Counted from the first letter of the whole stretch, positions 26,880 to 40,270 are shown. The stretch is DNA of 60,716 nucleotides, filler included, from Hausera hauseri (GCA_046269625.1; 11 parts of 11 records of this genome joined end to end with filler, not necessarily neighbours in it), one strand, 5' to 3'. The notes: a model not told the origin generated them from the sequence alone. A program made the numbers and translations.

Positions 26880-28400
26880 AGCTGAGTTTTAAAAGTACAA
26901 GAAATTGATTTTATGCTTCAGGCTTTACTCTATTCAAAAGTGAAAAGTTTACTGAATGTATTGCAGCATGTAAAAAGGTTCTCGTAAAAAAACGAAAGGA
27001 TCATGCGGCTTTGTCGTTCAATGGAATTATACCATACTCGGTCAATAATTGCAGATAATTTGAATGCAGCTATTAATGCTAATGTACTTATCTATTTCTT
27101 GTTTTAGTGGACCTGGGTGACACACAGAATTATCGTTTCGAGAAACGCTTTGATTCCCAAAGGCTCAAATTATTCATTCATTATATCTCGGTGATATTAT
27201 TCATGATGGCTTTCTAATATATCCTCAATTATTCACAAAATCTCCGAGGTCGGTTATTTTATAAATAAAAGTTGTCAGACCCCGAATTTATGTTCACATA
27301 ACAAATTCAACATTCAAGAATAACGCTGGTCATGGTACCACAATCACCATTCTTTATGAATATCCAATCGATTATTCCATCTATGAAGATGATAAATCGT
27401 ATATTCGATCCGGAATTATTGGAGGTGTTATCCACACACCAAACATGATTCAAAACATTGCCCATCCAAATAAAACCAATAAGATTTACGAAAACTGCCA
27501 AATTAATAATTACTCCTCAGTGTTTTGGGGGTTATAGCATACCATTCGGTGAATCCCAATACGGCTTTTATTGAAAAGTAGACAATTGTTGCTTTGTTTA
27601 AGTGACAAAAAACCAATAAATTTTTTACTCGTCTTAATTTGAATTTAATAGCCATCTTTGAATTGGAATTTTCTTTGTATTTTCTATTACGGAATATTTT
27701 CACCGTAGTAATCGTGTTCTAAATTGGATTTTAATTTTTGCTTATTACTTCGAAAATTCCGCTTTTAATACTCGTTCTATCAACGACAATTTTCCAAGAA
27801 TTTGATTCTTTTACTGCATAATTTTGACGAATTTTATTAGGCCGATAATAGTTTACAAAACGTCGAACGAAATGTAAACAGAAAAAGAACCAATGTTAGA
27901 TTTTAAATACAGCAAGCAATTTGTTGATTCCATTGAAAAGAACGGTACCGACTTTAACATGCCGCTTGAATTTGGTTGGGCAAAATACTCATGAAGTAGC
28001 TCCATAGTATGTGCTGGTTGCTGTGGAGGTGCAATTGAGCACTGCTCAAATCTGAGCGTAAGTTTTGAAGCATAGCAGAAGGTTTCATATTCTCCGTCTG
28101 TCGCTTGGTGAAGACCAGGTTGAACTGGTCCTGTTGGGATGGCAGATATGCTTTGCATATGGCTGCTTTGATTTTGTCAAACGGCTTTTCATCTGACAGC
28201 AACGTGTCCAGATCCGTTATTACAGCGAGCGTCATTGGCTGTAGGTATTGAATCAATGTTAAGGCCTTGTTTAGTTGGACGGTTTAGTTAGACATAGAAC
28301 CATCTTAATGGCGTTCCGTCCGAACCTATAAAAAAGTGAGACAGGCTAATTTAAGTGGTTTTGCCGGTGCTGCTGAAGCCGTTTCATCTTTTTTGTCGGA
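26880..28400 (-). mobile_element. Highly decayed Gypsy element (gag plus pol traces)
   Basis: Gag 'KIKAAICKAY..MKPSAMLQNLR..ILWSYFMSILPNQIQA' (27954-28256); pol traces downstream are weak. Confidence 0.6.
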
Positions 28401-30339
28401 CGTAATGATGTCAACGCCTCTTTTTAGTTTGGTGTTGTGAGCAGTGTCGCATTGTTTGTAGGAAAGCAATCCGAAATAGGACTATCCCATGGACGTAAAA
28501 TGTTTGTGTTGTGAAAAAATGTAGTTCGGATATGAACTGGTGGTCAGTTGTAGCATTGTCTTAACGGACGTGTGTCGAGAAACGATACGCTTTGTATTGC
28601 GTAATCCGTGTATGAAAAATTGTATTTTTTGCGGTATTGTTTTGTCTTCAGAATTTTGTTCCGATTTGAGTGTATTAACGCGTGAAACCTTGCTTGGCTA
28701 TTTAAGCTTAGGCTTTTGTTTAGTTTTACTCGTTGTAATTTCCTGATTGATACCCGCGCTGAAAGTATTGATCACGTTTCGTGATGTAAACATGTGTGGC
28801 CGGATTGTTTTCGATGGAACTTGTTGGTGTATTGACCGGATTAATTTCAAAGGTGTTCGTATGAGTTTGAGCCGGATTGTTGTCAACGGGTGTGTTTGTT
28901 GTTAAAACCGGATGAGTATTTACAGTTCTGTCCGAAAGTGACGTGTGTGAGGTTTTAGTTGCCACTACCTTAGAGTTCTTATCCTTATTGGTGGAACTTT
29001 TAAATAAAAACAAGAAAGGAACATGCCGAAACAGTATAATAAAACGATGAAACAAAAATTGCGAAGAAAACAAAGAAATACCATGAATACTTTTTATTTT
29101 ATTCACGTAATTCTTTCGCTGAGGCATACGAGTCCTCGGTTGAGTCATGGGCTGAATTTGTCCTATGACTTCGTCGTGGAAGAGTCGGCGCGTTGTCCGA
29201 ACTGGAATTCGACTGTTTAGGTTCCCGTCGTATTGACTCGAACCGGCGTCAGCGGGACGGGATTGGAAAATCGTCTGAACTCGAACTTAACACCTTTAAA
29301 CGTGGAGTTCCGTCCGCTCGAGTGGCGGGATCAACTGGCTCTCTCTGACGGAACCAATGACTCGAACAATCGGTCGACGGCAGCCATAAACCGGATAACA
29401 TCGAGATGTATGCTAAGAGATCGACGAGCTTCCTCTTCTCTCCGTTGGCATAGAACTTTTGAGGTGACTTACCGGTAGCTAATACTGGTCGTATTCGGGT
29501 AGTCGGCTGAGATGTTTCATGAAACGGCTATGCTGCAGCAACTCACGCACCGCTCGGTAGTCCGAGTAGGATCAGTGCGGAGTTTGATGGTCCCGGACAC
29601 GGCGTCGTCTCCTGTGGACATTAGCATTTCTCAGGGTAGACTTTTCGCCGTTTCGACCGGCGGGATGTAGCTCTCTGCTTACCCCCTACTTATCGTGTGA
29701 CCTATCGTTGGGTGCCTGCGCGTTTTTTCCAGAGTGAGCTGATCGGTCTGTCTTTGGAATTCTGCACCCCGGAATGATAAGATCGTTCCCCTTGGCGATT
29801 GTTTCACCAGTTTGGACACTTTTTGGAGGCGACGTGAGCTTCGCTACCGCGTCAGGAGTTCTGGTGATTGGTTCACCTGGCCTTGTTGTTGAATTTCGAA
29901 TGTCGTGGGGAAATTCTGATTAATGATTTTGCATTTTTGTGGCAACTCGCTTTTCACTTTTTGAATAATCTGTTAATTTTTTTACTGTTGATTTAAACAA
30001 ACGGGTTTAAATCCACAGATTTTGTTCAGTAATTTTGCTTATTGACTACAAGTGCTGGTCACTTCGACAGTGATTCGTTTTTCGGTACTTGTAGTCATTT
30101 TGCTGATTTTGATATGTGTGAATCCGATATTTTAATTAAATTGTACCTCATAATTTTATGATTTCAAGTATTGGATTTCTATTCATTTTTATTTTATGAT
30201 TTAATTTTCACATTTAATTCCGTAACGTTTTAAGTTTTTACGATTTATTATTTTAATGAAGCTTTGATTGAATTTTATCTAATTTATATTTTTAAATTTT
30301 TTTGATTGTAAGGTGGAACCTTACAATATGGAACAACAG

Positions 30340-32059
30340 AACCAAAAAAACGGAGGCATTGATTAGGGTTGTGTAAATATTATGCAACTTATGTACCAGA
30401 TAATTCGAAGATAATGCACAACTGTATCGTTTACTTAAAAAAAGAATTAAGTGTAAATGGACGGTTGTCAAAAACAAAGCTTTCGATGAAATGAAAAAAA
30501 TTTCAACCCGTGAACCACTTTTAAGGTATCCTGATACTAAAAGTAATCCATGCAAAGAAGGCACTGAATACGAATTAACCCAGAAACGATATGAGGAATA
30601 ATTAGAAGATCCGACCGCCTATGGAGAACGATCACTAAAGAAAGCCGAGAAAAATTACTCAGTTATAGAGTTAGAAACATTGGCTGTAAGGAAAGCTTTA
30701 CGACATCTTGTCTTTATGTCTACGGGTACAAAATTATAATTATTACTAATCACAAAGCTGTTACGACGTTAAAAGTAAGAGCAAATAATCCAAAGTGTAG
30801 ACTCAACAGATGGATTGAAGAAATTTCACGATACAATACTGAATTCCAGTATAAGTCTGGAAATAAACATACCGACACCGATGCTTTCTGAAGACTAAAC
30901 TCCAAGACGAGTGCAATTACGATAATGAGAAAAACTAAACTCGCAGAGTTAGTATATAGACAGCGAGCTTTAACGCTAGATAAAGCAATTAAAATTTGGA
31001 TCGAAGAAAAAAAGGACAAAGCTATCAAACATACTGGTCAATTAGCAAAAATGTGATATTATGTCAAAGAGTCATCAATTAAGAAAACATTTACAAAGAT
31101 ATGATCATAAATACTGCGTATCGGACGACAAAAGTCACGAAAATGTTTTATATTACTAACGCAAGGACCGAAAATTGGTAACTACACCGAAAGGATTACG
31201 AACAGAAGTGTTAATGGCCCAACAAGACTCATACTTAGCTCGACGCTGGAAGAAGACATTATAAAGAATGTTAAATAAATATTACTGGCCAAGCATTTAT
31301 ATCGATACGAAAAATTTGGTAAACGCTTGTGAAATATGCGCAACCAAACAGAGAAAAGTAAAAAACTACATTGCTGAATTCAAACCGATAAACGTACAGG
31401 ACAGACCAATGCAAGTAATGTTTATGGATATTTTAGGATCACTACCTACAACTCGAAAAACTAATAAATACACCCTAACATGTACTGACCGACTAACTCA
31501 CTTTGTAGAACTAATATGATTAATTGATCAAAAGGCTGAAACTCTGGCAGAAGCCCTAATAAGGAAAATCTTTTTCATATATGGACCTCCTGAACAGATT
31601 TTGACAGATCGAGGAAGGAATTTTACAAATGAATTGTTTGAGGAAATTACCAAAATATTTGGGATTGAACAATTAACTACGACAGCCTATCATCCTCAAT
31701 GTAACGGAATGGTTGAATGAATGAACTCAACGTTTATACGAATTTTATCAGCAGTACTCTCAAAAGATCAGAAGGATTGAAATGAATTTTTATAAGGCAC
31801 TCAATTTGCTATAAATACAATACCATATTCCTCAATCGGATTTACAACATTTTTTATGATGTCTGGAAGAGAAGTCATATAAACAACTGATTTAGGAATG
31901 AAACCGTGTATGTTAAATCATGAAGATTTTGAACAGAATTTCGTAGAAGTATTGCAGACAAGATTACAAAGGTGTTGGGAAATAGCAAAAGAATTATCGC
32001 ATGAATACCAAGTGCAGTTTAAAAAGCAGTATGACAAGGAAGCTAAACCTCACGATTTA
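30340..32059 (+). mobile_element. Decayed Gypsy RT end, RNase H and integrase (different clade)
   Basis: 'LGLCKYY', 'AEKNYSVIELETLAV', 'ITNHKA', 'YYWPSIY..CEICA', 'MDILGSLP', 'ILTDRGRNF', 'TTAYHPQCNGMVE'. Confidence 0.9.
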
Positions 32060-32540
32060 NNNNNNNNNNNNNNNNNNNNNNNNNNNNNNNNNNNNNNNNN
32101 NNNTTAATTAATTAANNNNNNNNNNNNNNNNNNNNNNNNNNNNNNNNNNNNNNNNNNNNAACTGTAACTATTGTGATATAGTGGGAGTTGTATAAGGGCC
32201 ATCCCAATATATAACATTCCTAATCAGTATAAAATTTTGTACGTATTGAACCTGTAGAATTTGTAAAACTCCAACCAGCAATAAGGTGCTGTGCCTTGTT
32301 AGTATAATTCCAGGTGAATACGTTAAAAATGCAATTCAACGTTAAAATTCAATTTCCATTACAAAATCAAAATGATTGTTCCACATACTACTTCAGAATG
32401 TAAATCATTCAATTAACTATAGAATATTACTTAGAGAGAAAGGTATGATTTAATAGGTGTTCTTGGAATACGAAGTTCGTCAATGAACACAATATGGTTC
32501 AGAATGTCATGCTTGTGATTGCTTCTATGAAATTTTGATA

Positions 32541-33188
32541 TACAGGGTGAATTTTGAAATGCGTTGTGGTAGCTATGTCCAATTCGGATCTTGAGCTGTA
32601 AACAGTCTCACCATTTAGTAATTGTAGAAAATTTTGTTACAAACTTAAATTCGTCTGATTTACCCAATGGTGTTGTACAAAAATATCACAAAAATTAAAT
32701 AAATAGAATTTAAACAAAATTTGTTTGAATGAAATTTGTTTATTTTGTTGCACATGCATTGAACAGTCTTCCACAACTTCACAAAACACTGTTTCAACAG
32801 GATGGTGTGACATCGCACACTGCAAGGCAATCGATGGCAGCTGTGCGAGAATTGTTCGGTAACCGTGTCATCTCAAGATTCGGTGACATTCCCTGGCCCT
32901 CAAGATCACCGGATTTGTCCGCATGTAATTTTACTCTGGTCTACACGACTCGGCCAAGAACACTGGATGAATTGAAACAAAGAATTCAAGACGAAATTCG
33001 TGTATCCCAGCTGAGATGTTGCAGCGATCAATGGAGAACCTCAACAACAGATAGGAAGAATACATACGTACAGGAGGACGTCATCTGCAGGACGACATTT
33101 TCAAACATTGATAATTTGGATTACTGTCTCTTAAAATGCAATTTTTATTAGGTTTTTCAAAAGTTCCCGTTTTCTGTATCACCATGTA
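32541..33188 (+). mobile_element. Internally deleted IS630-Tc1-mariner DNA transposon (DDxD type) with TIRs
   Basis: 'FQQDGVTSHTA..RVISRFGDIPWPSRSPDLSACNF..PRTLDELKQRI'; ends TA-CAGGGTGA (32541) and TCACCATG-TA (33179-33188). Confidence 0.8.
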
Positions 33189-33509
33189 CTTGAGGTTTGA
33201 CAATTCCAATTCACGAGAGTAAATAGTTCAAGATGACAAAATTTTCCATTTCTGAAAGATATTTGATTTATTTTCTATGAAATGTTCCTAAGTCTATACA
33301 CCATACATTTATTTTACAATTATTGAAATAATCCATAATTCGATCAGTATCATTCATGCTGAATAAGTCAGATGGATTTTAAATTACGTATTGGATATGT
33401 TAATATCAGGTAACCAGAAAAGTCTTTGCCGTCTTTTGCACTATGTAACAATGGTTATTATATTCGTATTAAATAAGAGCTCCAATTTTCAAGGTACACA
33501 TTTAATACG

Positions 33510-33683
33510 AAATGACATCACAGCTCATCAGAGGTGTTTTGTTTTGTGAGTTCAAACTTTGAAGTTCTGATGCAGAGACCACCAGAAAAATGTGTACAGC
33601 ATTTGGAAATGGTGCTGTAAAGCAGCGCACAGGTAGAAAGTGGTTTGAGAGATTTAAAGCTGGAGATGAGTCACTTGAAGATG
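33510..33683 (+). mobile_element. Mariner transposase N-terminal HTH fragment
   Basis: 'IRGVLFCEFKL*SSDAETTRKMCTAFGNGAVKQRTGRKWFERFKAGDESLED'. Confidence 0.85.
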
Positions 33684-33744
33684 AACGAACGAACGAACGA
33701 ACGAACGAAAGAACAAACGATCGCACGCATTTACAGCGATGATG

Positions 33745-34869
33745 ATGGTGATATTGACTTCTTGTCAATGTGTTTTTTGTTGCATTTTTCACCGGGATCC
33801 ATTGGTCTGCTCGTAAGGCGGCTGTAATAAGAAATTCTCAACTACTGATAGGCTATATGCTCAACCCATTTCGACAACCAGCAGTCTTGAACAATGGGAA
33901 ATTTTTATAGTTCGAAATTTCCCCACTGATTTTTCTCCATGTTCCCATGGTTAAACAACGTTGAAATTATGCGCATTTGATTCCCCGAAATTGATTTGTC
34001 ATTTGCACCAAACATTGCGCAATTCGTAACTCGTGTCTCGTTTATCATAAAACATTTCCTGTTTTGCTTCTTTTGCTTTTAGCGCCATACAGTAATATTT
34101 TCGACTCTAGCCGCGCTACCAGCTCTACCGATTTCCGCCAGTGACATGTGCTTCCGGCGGAGGGGGGTCTCCGACAGCAAAACATGAAATTCTCAGAATT
34201 GTCAGATAGGTGGGGAAAACTGGTTTCCACCTCGATCTGAGCACTTTTTGGGAAGTGGTTAGGAGAGGACACTTCTACCTACTATGATGATTTTGACTTT
34301 AACTCCGCTTTTCTTTGGATGGTTCGTTCGTTCGATTGTTTGATTGCATTTTTCACCCCGATCCAATGGTCTGATCGTGAGGCGGCTATAATATGAAATT
34401 TTCCCCAACTTATGGGCAATGTATTAGACCAATTTCCACCACCGGCAGACTTGAACATTGGGAAATTTTACCCCTTTGAAATTTTCCCATCGATTTTTCC
34501 CCATGTTCCCATAGTCTGACCGACTTGCAACAGTGTCCATTGCAATGGACAATATCGATTGACCCCTTGTACACATGTTCTCAGTGCTAGAAACATGTTT
34601 CGCATTACACGTGGAGCTTGTCCTGTTTTTGCTTCTTCTTCCTCTAGCGCCTCTCCTTTACATTTCTGTAAGCCGCACCTCTGTTAACTTTTGCTCACCT
34701 CGTCACGCGCTATCGATATCACCTGGTCTGAACCTCTTTGCTCGACCTCATTTTCTGGGGGTTTGGTCTTGAGAAAATTTTAGTGAAATGTTCAGAATAG
34801 CCAATCAGGTGGCGAAAACTGGTCAGCGGACCAATCAGAGGTGCAGTGGAGAGCTCATTTCTACCTACT
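33745..34869. repeat. Two diverged head-to-tail ~560-bp units, each ending TCTACCTACT
   Basis: ttgcatttttcacc..gatcca.tggtctg at 33780 and 34343; cctgttttg..agcgcc at about 34057 and 34622; tctacctact at 34274 and 34860. Confidence 0.8.
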
Positions 34870-37800
34870 AACTACAACATTAGTGATCCTTTTACATCAG
34901 ATTGATCTGCAGCTTAGCACACGCAATTGGCGTATCAATATTCAATCAAATTTTGAGTGTTATTCACCCAGGAGATACTTAGGTTAGTTTTCACTTCAAG
35001 AACTCAAACTATAGAAATGATTTTAGTAGAATTTCTATATAGAACACAGAAAAACGATATCTACAAAATTCCAAAACTTAACAACCATCGCACAAGGCCT
35101 TTCATTACAGAAATCTAAATCTAACTAAAACTAAAGTGTTAATTTCAACAATAATTTAATCTATTATTGAAAATCCAATTGTGTGTGAGAAGCAGAAGTT
35201 TAATATGATTCAAAATGATCACATGACTGACTAACCATTAGCTATATTGAAAAATCCAAAGGGTTCCTGTTATTCATATGATATTTCTGTTTGCATGATC
35301 CGTATAGTCGAAACATCTGTTCACTGTAGATGAACATTTGGTTACTTCAGCACAAAGCTACGAGAATATGTTGCGGCTTTCTCACAATGTTACTATTGAT
35401 GAGTAAGGCCTTGAATTTCATGGATGACTCGGATTCCGTCAATGCATAATTGGAATTAAGATTGTTTGGATGAGTAACAGAGATAGAGAAAATGTATTTG
35501 GTGGCATTGTATATATTGGTCAAAGTAACAGTCACCGGAGTATTCTGAAGAATTTGTTTATCTATTTATGAAGCTACGATCATCCAGCTTATGAAGCATT
35601 TTCCTGACTTTTTGATATTTTCTGTTTTATTTTGATTTACTTCACCAGAATTTTGTGGTGACTTTTTAAATTTAGGTATATCATTAAATATGTTCGAAAA
35701 GTAATGTGTGTATGCAACTTATCTGTGTGTGTATCTGCATGTGAGTGTGTTTGTATTATTAGGTATGTTATTAAATGGAAAAATTGTAATTTATTTATTG
35801 AATATCTCCCTTAAAATTAATTCAAGTTTATTGTTTTTCACAGATGTTTATAAAAAATATTTTATCTTTTGGGCATTCAATTCAACGCCAGACGGGAAAT
35901 GTCATTAAAGTGTGTCTAAAAAAATCTCTTCTCGTTAATTTGATCGTGTATGATTTCAAATTTAAAGTCCATTCAAAAAAGAACTTACAGCTGTCTTTCA
36001 AATTTCTATTTACCATCACTGCAGAATCCCAGCGTCCCTTTTGTCTGCAATTACCATTATTGACTTTAAATAAAAAGATGAAATGTTTTATGGTACAACT
36101 TAAAAATATGCGTGTTGTGCTGATACATGTGTCAAATGAAAAATGTTCATCTGATAAGAAACGCATAAAAAATTTTACAAATTGATTATTAGTTCGGCAT
36201 ACACTGTAAATATGATTTCCGAACGACATACTAGCATTCCGAACATCCTCATAAAATTCCTCAAGGATAACGGGTTTAAACTTGATAAACTTCCTCAACA
36301 CATACATTAATAACATTTGAAAATGAGTTAACTAACATGGAGTTAATTGACATTAAATTCTCTTCGATTTTCAATGATTGCTTTGATATGTCAGATAAAT
36401 TCAAAACTGTTGAATGCGAATTTGTTAATTACAAAGTGGCCGATATGTTACATTGTTCAGTTTTATTTATCATCAATTTATTCATCTACGGCTGTTATTA
36501 CGCCAGTGTTTGCTATAACATTTGTTCTGATTTAATTTCAATAAAGATAATAAGATCTAATAAACGTCATTATGATTTATTTAATGAATCACTTAGATTA
36601 ACATTTTGAAATAAATACTGTTTTCATCAAACTATTTCAGATACTATTTTACTTAAATCGCAACTATTATGTTGGAATGTGATTGAAGATCGAAATAAAT
36701 TCCTTTATTGTAGCGTAGATATAATTAACTTTGAACGGGCTTCTAAGCAGATTTTTAATTTGACAATTTAATTTGAAATTATTTCTCCATTTTTTGACAG
36801 AACTTTATTTTCTTTAATTTGAAGAGGTGTATAGAACAAAGGGATTACAGGCAACAAAATGACAGCAAGAGAGTCTCCCAAATACTTAAAAACCTTCTTT
36901 GTGAACAGAAAACTCTCCAACAATCAAACTTGCTACCTACTCAACTTAAACAAAGTAATAATTCGTAGATATATATTTTCTTTTAAATGTTTCAACTCTC
37001 GTCAGAGATATCCACGTCGCGCTTAACGATACAACACCAATTTGTAGACGATCAATGTAGAGTAAGGGCCCACTTAAAGAGAATCAGACAAAAATTCCTT
37101 TTATTTTACACGCACAGCAATTTACCAGATTCAACAGATTAATCGTAGCAATTCAACGAATAGTCCACGTATCACTCGGCAACAGACAAACTATTTTGAC
37201 AACCACTCGATTTTAAGGCACACAAATCTTTCGTAATAAAAAATGAAATTTAATCTTGTCAAACTAACAAGTAAAATACCCCCTTGATTTCTTTAAATAG
37301 AAGTATCACGACTGTAAAATTATTAAGACAATCCAGTGAGATAGATTAATGAGTCAACTGGTGATTTTTATTTTCCTGTACAGTATTTATATCACTCCGT
37401 GTACAGAATCAAAAATAATTATGTTGGTGCAAAAAAATTACATTGAAAACTAATTATAAAACATTGTTCCCAGCGAACATTTTTACAATTCACTTGGGTG
37501 AGAATCAATCACCTTACACAGATTCAGCACATCCATCATTGCTGAATTAATTAAGTCAGTAGGTAGATGTGAGCACATTAGATCAAACCCCCCCTCCCAG
37601 GGAAGGAAGGAAAGAAGTAGTTCGGAGATGATTCATGAGATAGAAAAATTGATACACACATGCGGTTAATATGGGTGAGATAGGAGACACACAGTGAGAA
37701 AGTGGATACACACAAGCACGTGTACTGTATGGATTCGGGCGGTAAGTAAAAATTTGAATTTTGCGCCAATTTTTGTTTAAATTTTGATCTGATCGTGGTT

Positions 37801-38205
37801 TCACTATTCCCACCCCACTATCTGATTGGTCAGTTTGCTCCAAAAATTTTTGTTTAAATTTTGGTTGTTGACTATAAATAAAGGTGTTCTAATAGCATGC
37901 CGTTGTTTCAACAATTGATATGTTTTTTTAAATTTTATTCCCCAAAATAGTTTTAGAAGCAGAAATTAAACGGCTCACAAAGGAAATATGCAGTGGCAAA
38001 ATAGACTGTGTGCAATTTTTTAATGAACTGGAGAATGGATACTATCTGTCAAAGGAAGACTATGTCGAACTTATTGTTCGATCAATACTAATGACAAAGA
38101 TTAAANNNNNNNNNNNNNNNNNNNNNNNNNNNNNNNNNNNNNNNNNNNNTTAATTAATTAANNNNNNNNNNNNNNNNNNNNNNNNNNNNNNNNNNNNNNN
38201 NNNNN

Positions 38206-38745
38206 AAACAATAGGCTGTGAATCATTTGCAATGCTTTTTGATGACATTGATTCTAATTTAAAAGAAACTGATTCAAAAGTGTATAATTAGTCGGCTCAA
38301 GCTCAGGTCTCAGTAACAAATGAAATATATGATTTTTAAAACGTTTGAAATTGTTTTTCTTTTGTCCAACAGAATATTATAGAACTCGAGCTGTTCCACC
38401 AGTTAAATAGTCTGACTATCTAAAAACTGTCGGAGAATTTTTATCACCAGAAATTCGCGTTTTGTGGACTAGTCCAAAAGTTGTTTCGAAATTTATTTCG
38501 GTACTGCCGATCATTAAACTATCTGACGTTTTGCGACGGTTTCCTGTTATGTGACAATATTCAAGTTAATGACTATGTTCAACGTAGACTTTTTTTGGAT
38601 CCGTATTGTTGCCGTTCATCGAGTCTAATTCAGTACGTCAGCGGAGTACTTACTAATCCTAATTGCTAGTTCGAGGCTAATTATATTGCAACCCACACGT
38701 TGACTCAATGGACACAATGTTATAGAAGTAGTACAACCATTGATA
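38206..38745 (+). pseudogene. OGA: O-GlcNAcase (GH84 domain) fragment, intronless, disabled
   Basis: '[85 protein letters not shown]'; stops and frameshifts. Confidence 0.92.
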
Positions 38746-38759
38746 ATCTTACTGATAAT

Positions 38760-39134
38760 TATCGACTGTCAGAAGTTATCGAATTGATGGGCGATAGAAC
38801 TGAAGATTATATTAAAGAACTTAACCGTAATTTGCAATACGGTGTTCAGTTAGTTGTTACTTTGTTGTCTGCTGTTAGACAAGATCGTTATAATGCAATA
38901 AAGAAGTCATGTTATGTTGAAAATCCAGTTCTCAATCAGGTTGTTTTGGGCAACATAAGGAAGGATAGACCAAAATCAAACAGCGTTGCAATTGATATTG
39001 CTCTTGATATTAATGTGAAACTGGGCGGTGAGTTGTGGTCAGTAAAGATTCCAATTAACAAATTTACGGCCGTTGGTTTGGATGTTCGGCATGATTCTGC
39101 ATCCAGGGGCCGAAAGGGAGGCGAAAAATCTGTC
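38760..39134 (+). pseudogene. PIWI: Piwi-clade Argonaute fragment B (MID domain and start of PIWI domain)
   Basis: 'DRTEDYIKEL..QLVVTLL..RQDRYNAIKK..PVLNQVV..IALDINVKLGGELWSVKIP..VGLDVRHD'. Confidence 0.9.
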
Positions 39135-39428
39135 AGTGACATTTATTCGTGTAAAGAAGCGACGAAGTTACTTGGATATTGGAGAATAACGGTTGAGCAG
39201 GATACCGTTGAAATTAATGCGTGTAAAATGAATCCAGAGAAGATTTATTTTCGTAATGATGTTAACGTTAGTGCTGGTGAAAATGCTGAATTTAAACAGG
39301 TATTGGCTCACAATCGCGTAACTGCTGGAATTCGAATCGAGAATTGGTTGTTAATTGCTCAAAGAAGTTTGGTAAGCAAGGCTCAGGCATCAAGTCAGGC
39401 GTTGTGCAGTAAGGGTCCAAAAGTCGGT
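39130..39428 (+). pseudogene. PIWI: Piwi fragment A (L2 linker, natively upstream of fragment B)
   Basis: 'EATKLLGYWRITVEQDTVEINACKMNPEKIYF..AEF..IENWLLI..KAQ..QAL..GPKVG' resembles Piwi L2 (cf. 'L.DWGL.....GRIL..EKI...ADW...LDNWLLI..A..L.....P.MG'). Confidence 0.75.
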
Positions 39429-40207
39429 GTTCCTCAAATGATTGCTAAAAATTTAACGTTTCCAGAGAAGGTTACAATTTATAACATCAATTATCTCCAA
39501 CAATTGGTCAACAATGGATTCATGTACCCTGGTGCTACATTTGTTATAAGAGACAATGGCGAACGACTTGACCTGAAAAGACGGGCAGATACATCAGACG
39601 TTCGATTACAGTACGGATACACCGTGGAGCCTCATGTGCTTAACGACGATTTTGTGGTATTTAGTCGACAGCCAACTGCACAAAACATCAATGATGTGCC
39701 ATCGAGTGAAAGTTTTGCCTTTCTCAACATTTCGATTCAACCTTAGTGTCACAACACCTTACAACGCCGATTTTGATGGTAATGAAGTGAATTTGCATTT
39801 GCCACAATCCGTCGAAACAAAGGCCTAAGTATCAGATCTAGCCCGTGTCACGAAATTGGTCACTACTAATCAAAGTAACAAGCCAGTTATGAGTATCGTA
39901 CAGGATACACTAACTGCGTCCAAGAAAATGACTCGTAGAGACGTGTTTATCAATTGTGCCAAAATGATGCATCTTCTAATGTACTTGCCGACACGGAATG
40001 GTCGTTTGCCGAAACCAGTAATTTATAAGCCGTAAATGTTGTGGACGGGAAAACAATTGTTTTCACTAATAATTACAGGACGAATAGATTGTACTATGTT
40101 TCATTCGACTCATCCAGAAGTGGTAACCGCACAAGATAAGTATGTCACCATATGATACACATGTGCTTATTGAGGACGGTAAAGTGATTGAGCGAATGTT
40201 GTGTAAA
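39423..40207 (+). pseudogene. POLR2A: RNA polymerase II largest subunit fragment including the catalytic loop, disabled
   Basis: '[102 protein letters not shown]'. NADFDGD is mutated to NADFDGN; one or more frameshifts and stops. Confidence 0.95.
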
Positions 40208-40270
40208 CGATATCAATTGGATTTAGTTGGTCTACTGCAGTTTGTTTTAAATAAAATCAAAGACGGCCAT
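40202..40270 (+). pseudogene. THOC2: THO complex subunit 2 fragment (23 codons)
   Basis: 'KRYQLDLVGLLQFVLNKIKDG' resembles the recalled THOC2 segment '[21 protein letters not shown]'. Confidence 0.65.

Noticed and set aside
28400-29950. Protein-coding or structured RNA genes in the GC-richer stretch
   Set aside because: No motifs recognised; most simply the leader of the minus-strand Gypsy element whose gag lies at 27954-28400.
33683-33720. (GAAC)n tract as a regulatory array
   Set aside because: Simple microsatellite at a junction between transposon fragments.
35700-36900. AT-rich ORFs as viral or host genes
   Set aside because: Overlapping short ORFs on both strands, interrupted by stops, with no recognisable motif.
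38700-39746. A functional Argonaute-RNA polymerase fusion protein as it stands
   Set aside because: The Piwi part lacks PAZ and most of the PIWI domain, the RPB1 part is frameshifted with a mutated NADFDGD, and the ORF lacks a credible start. It is a relic of the chimeric cassette.
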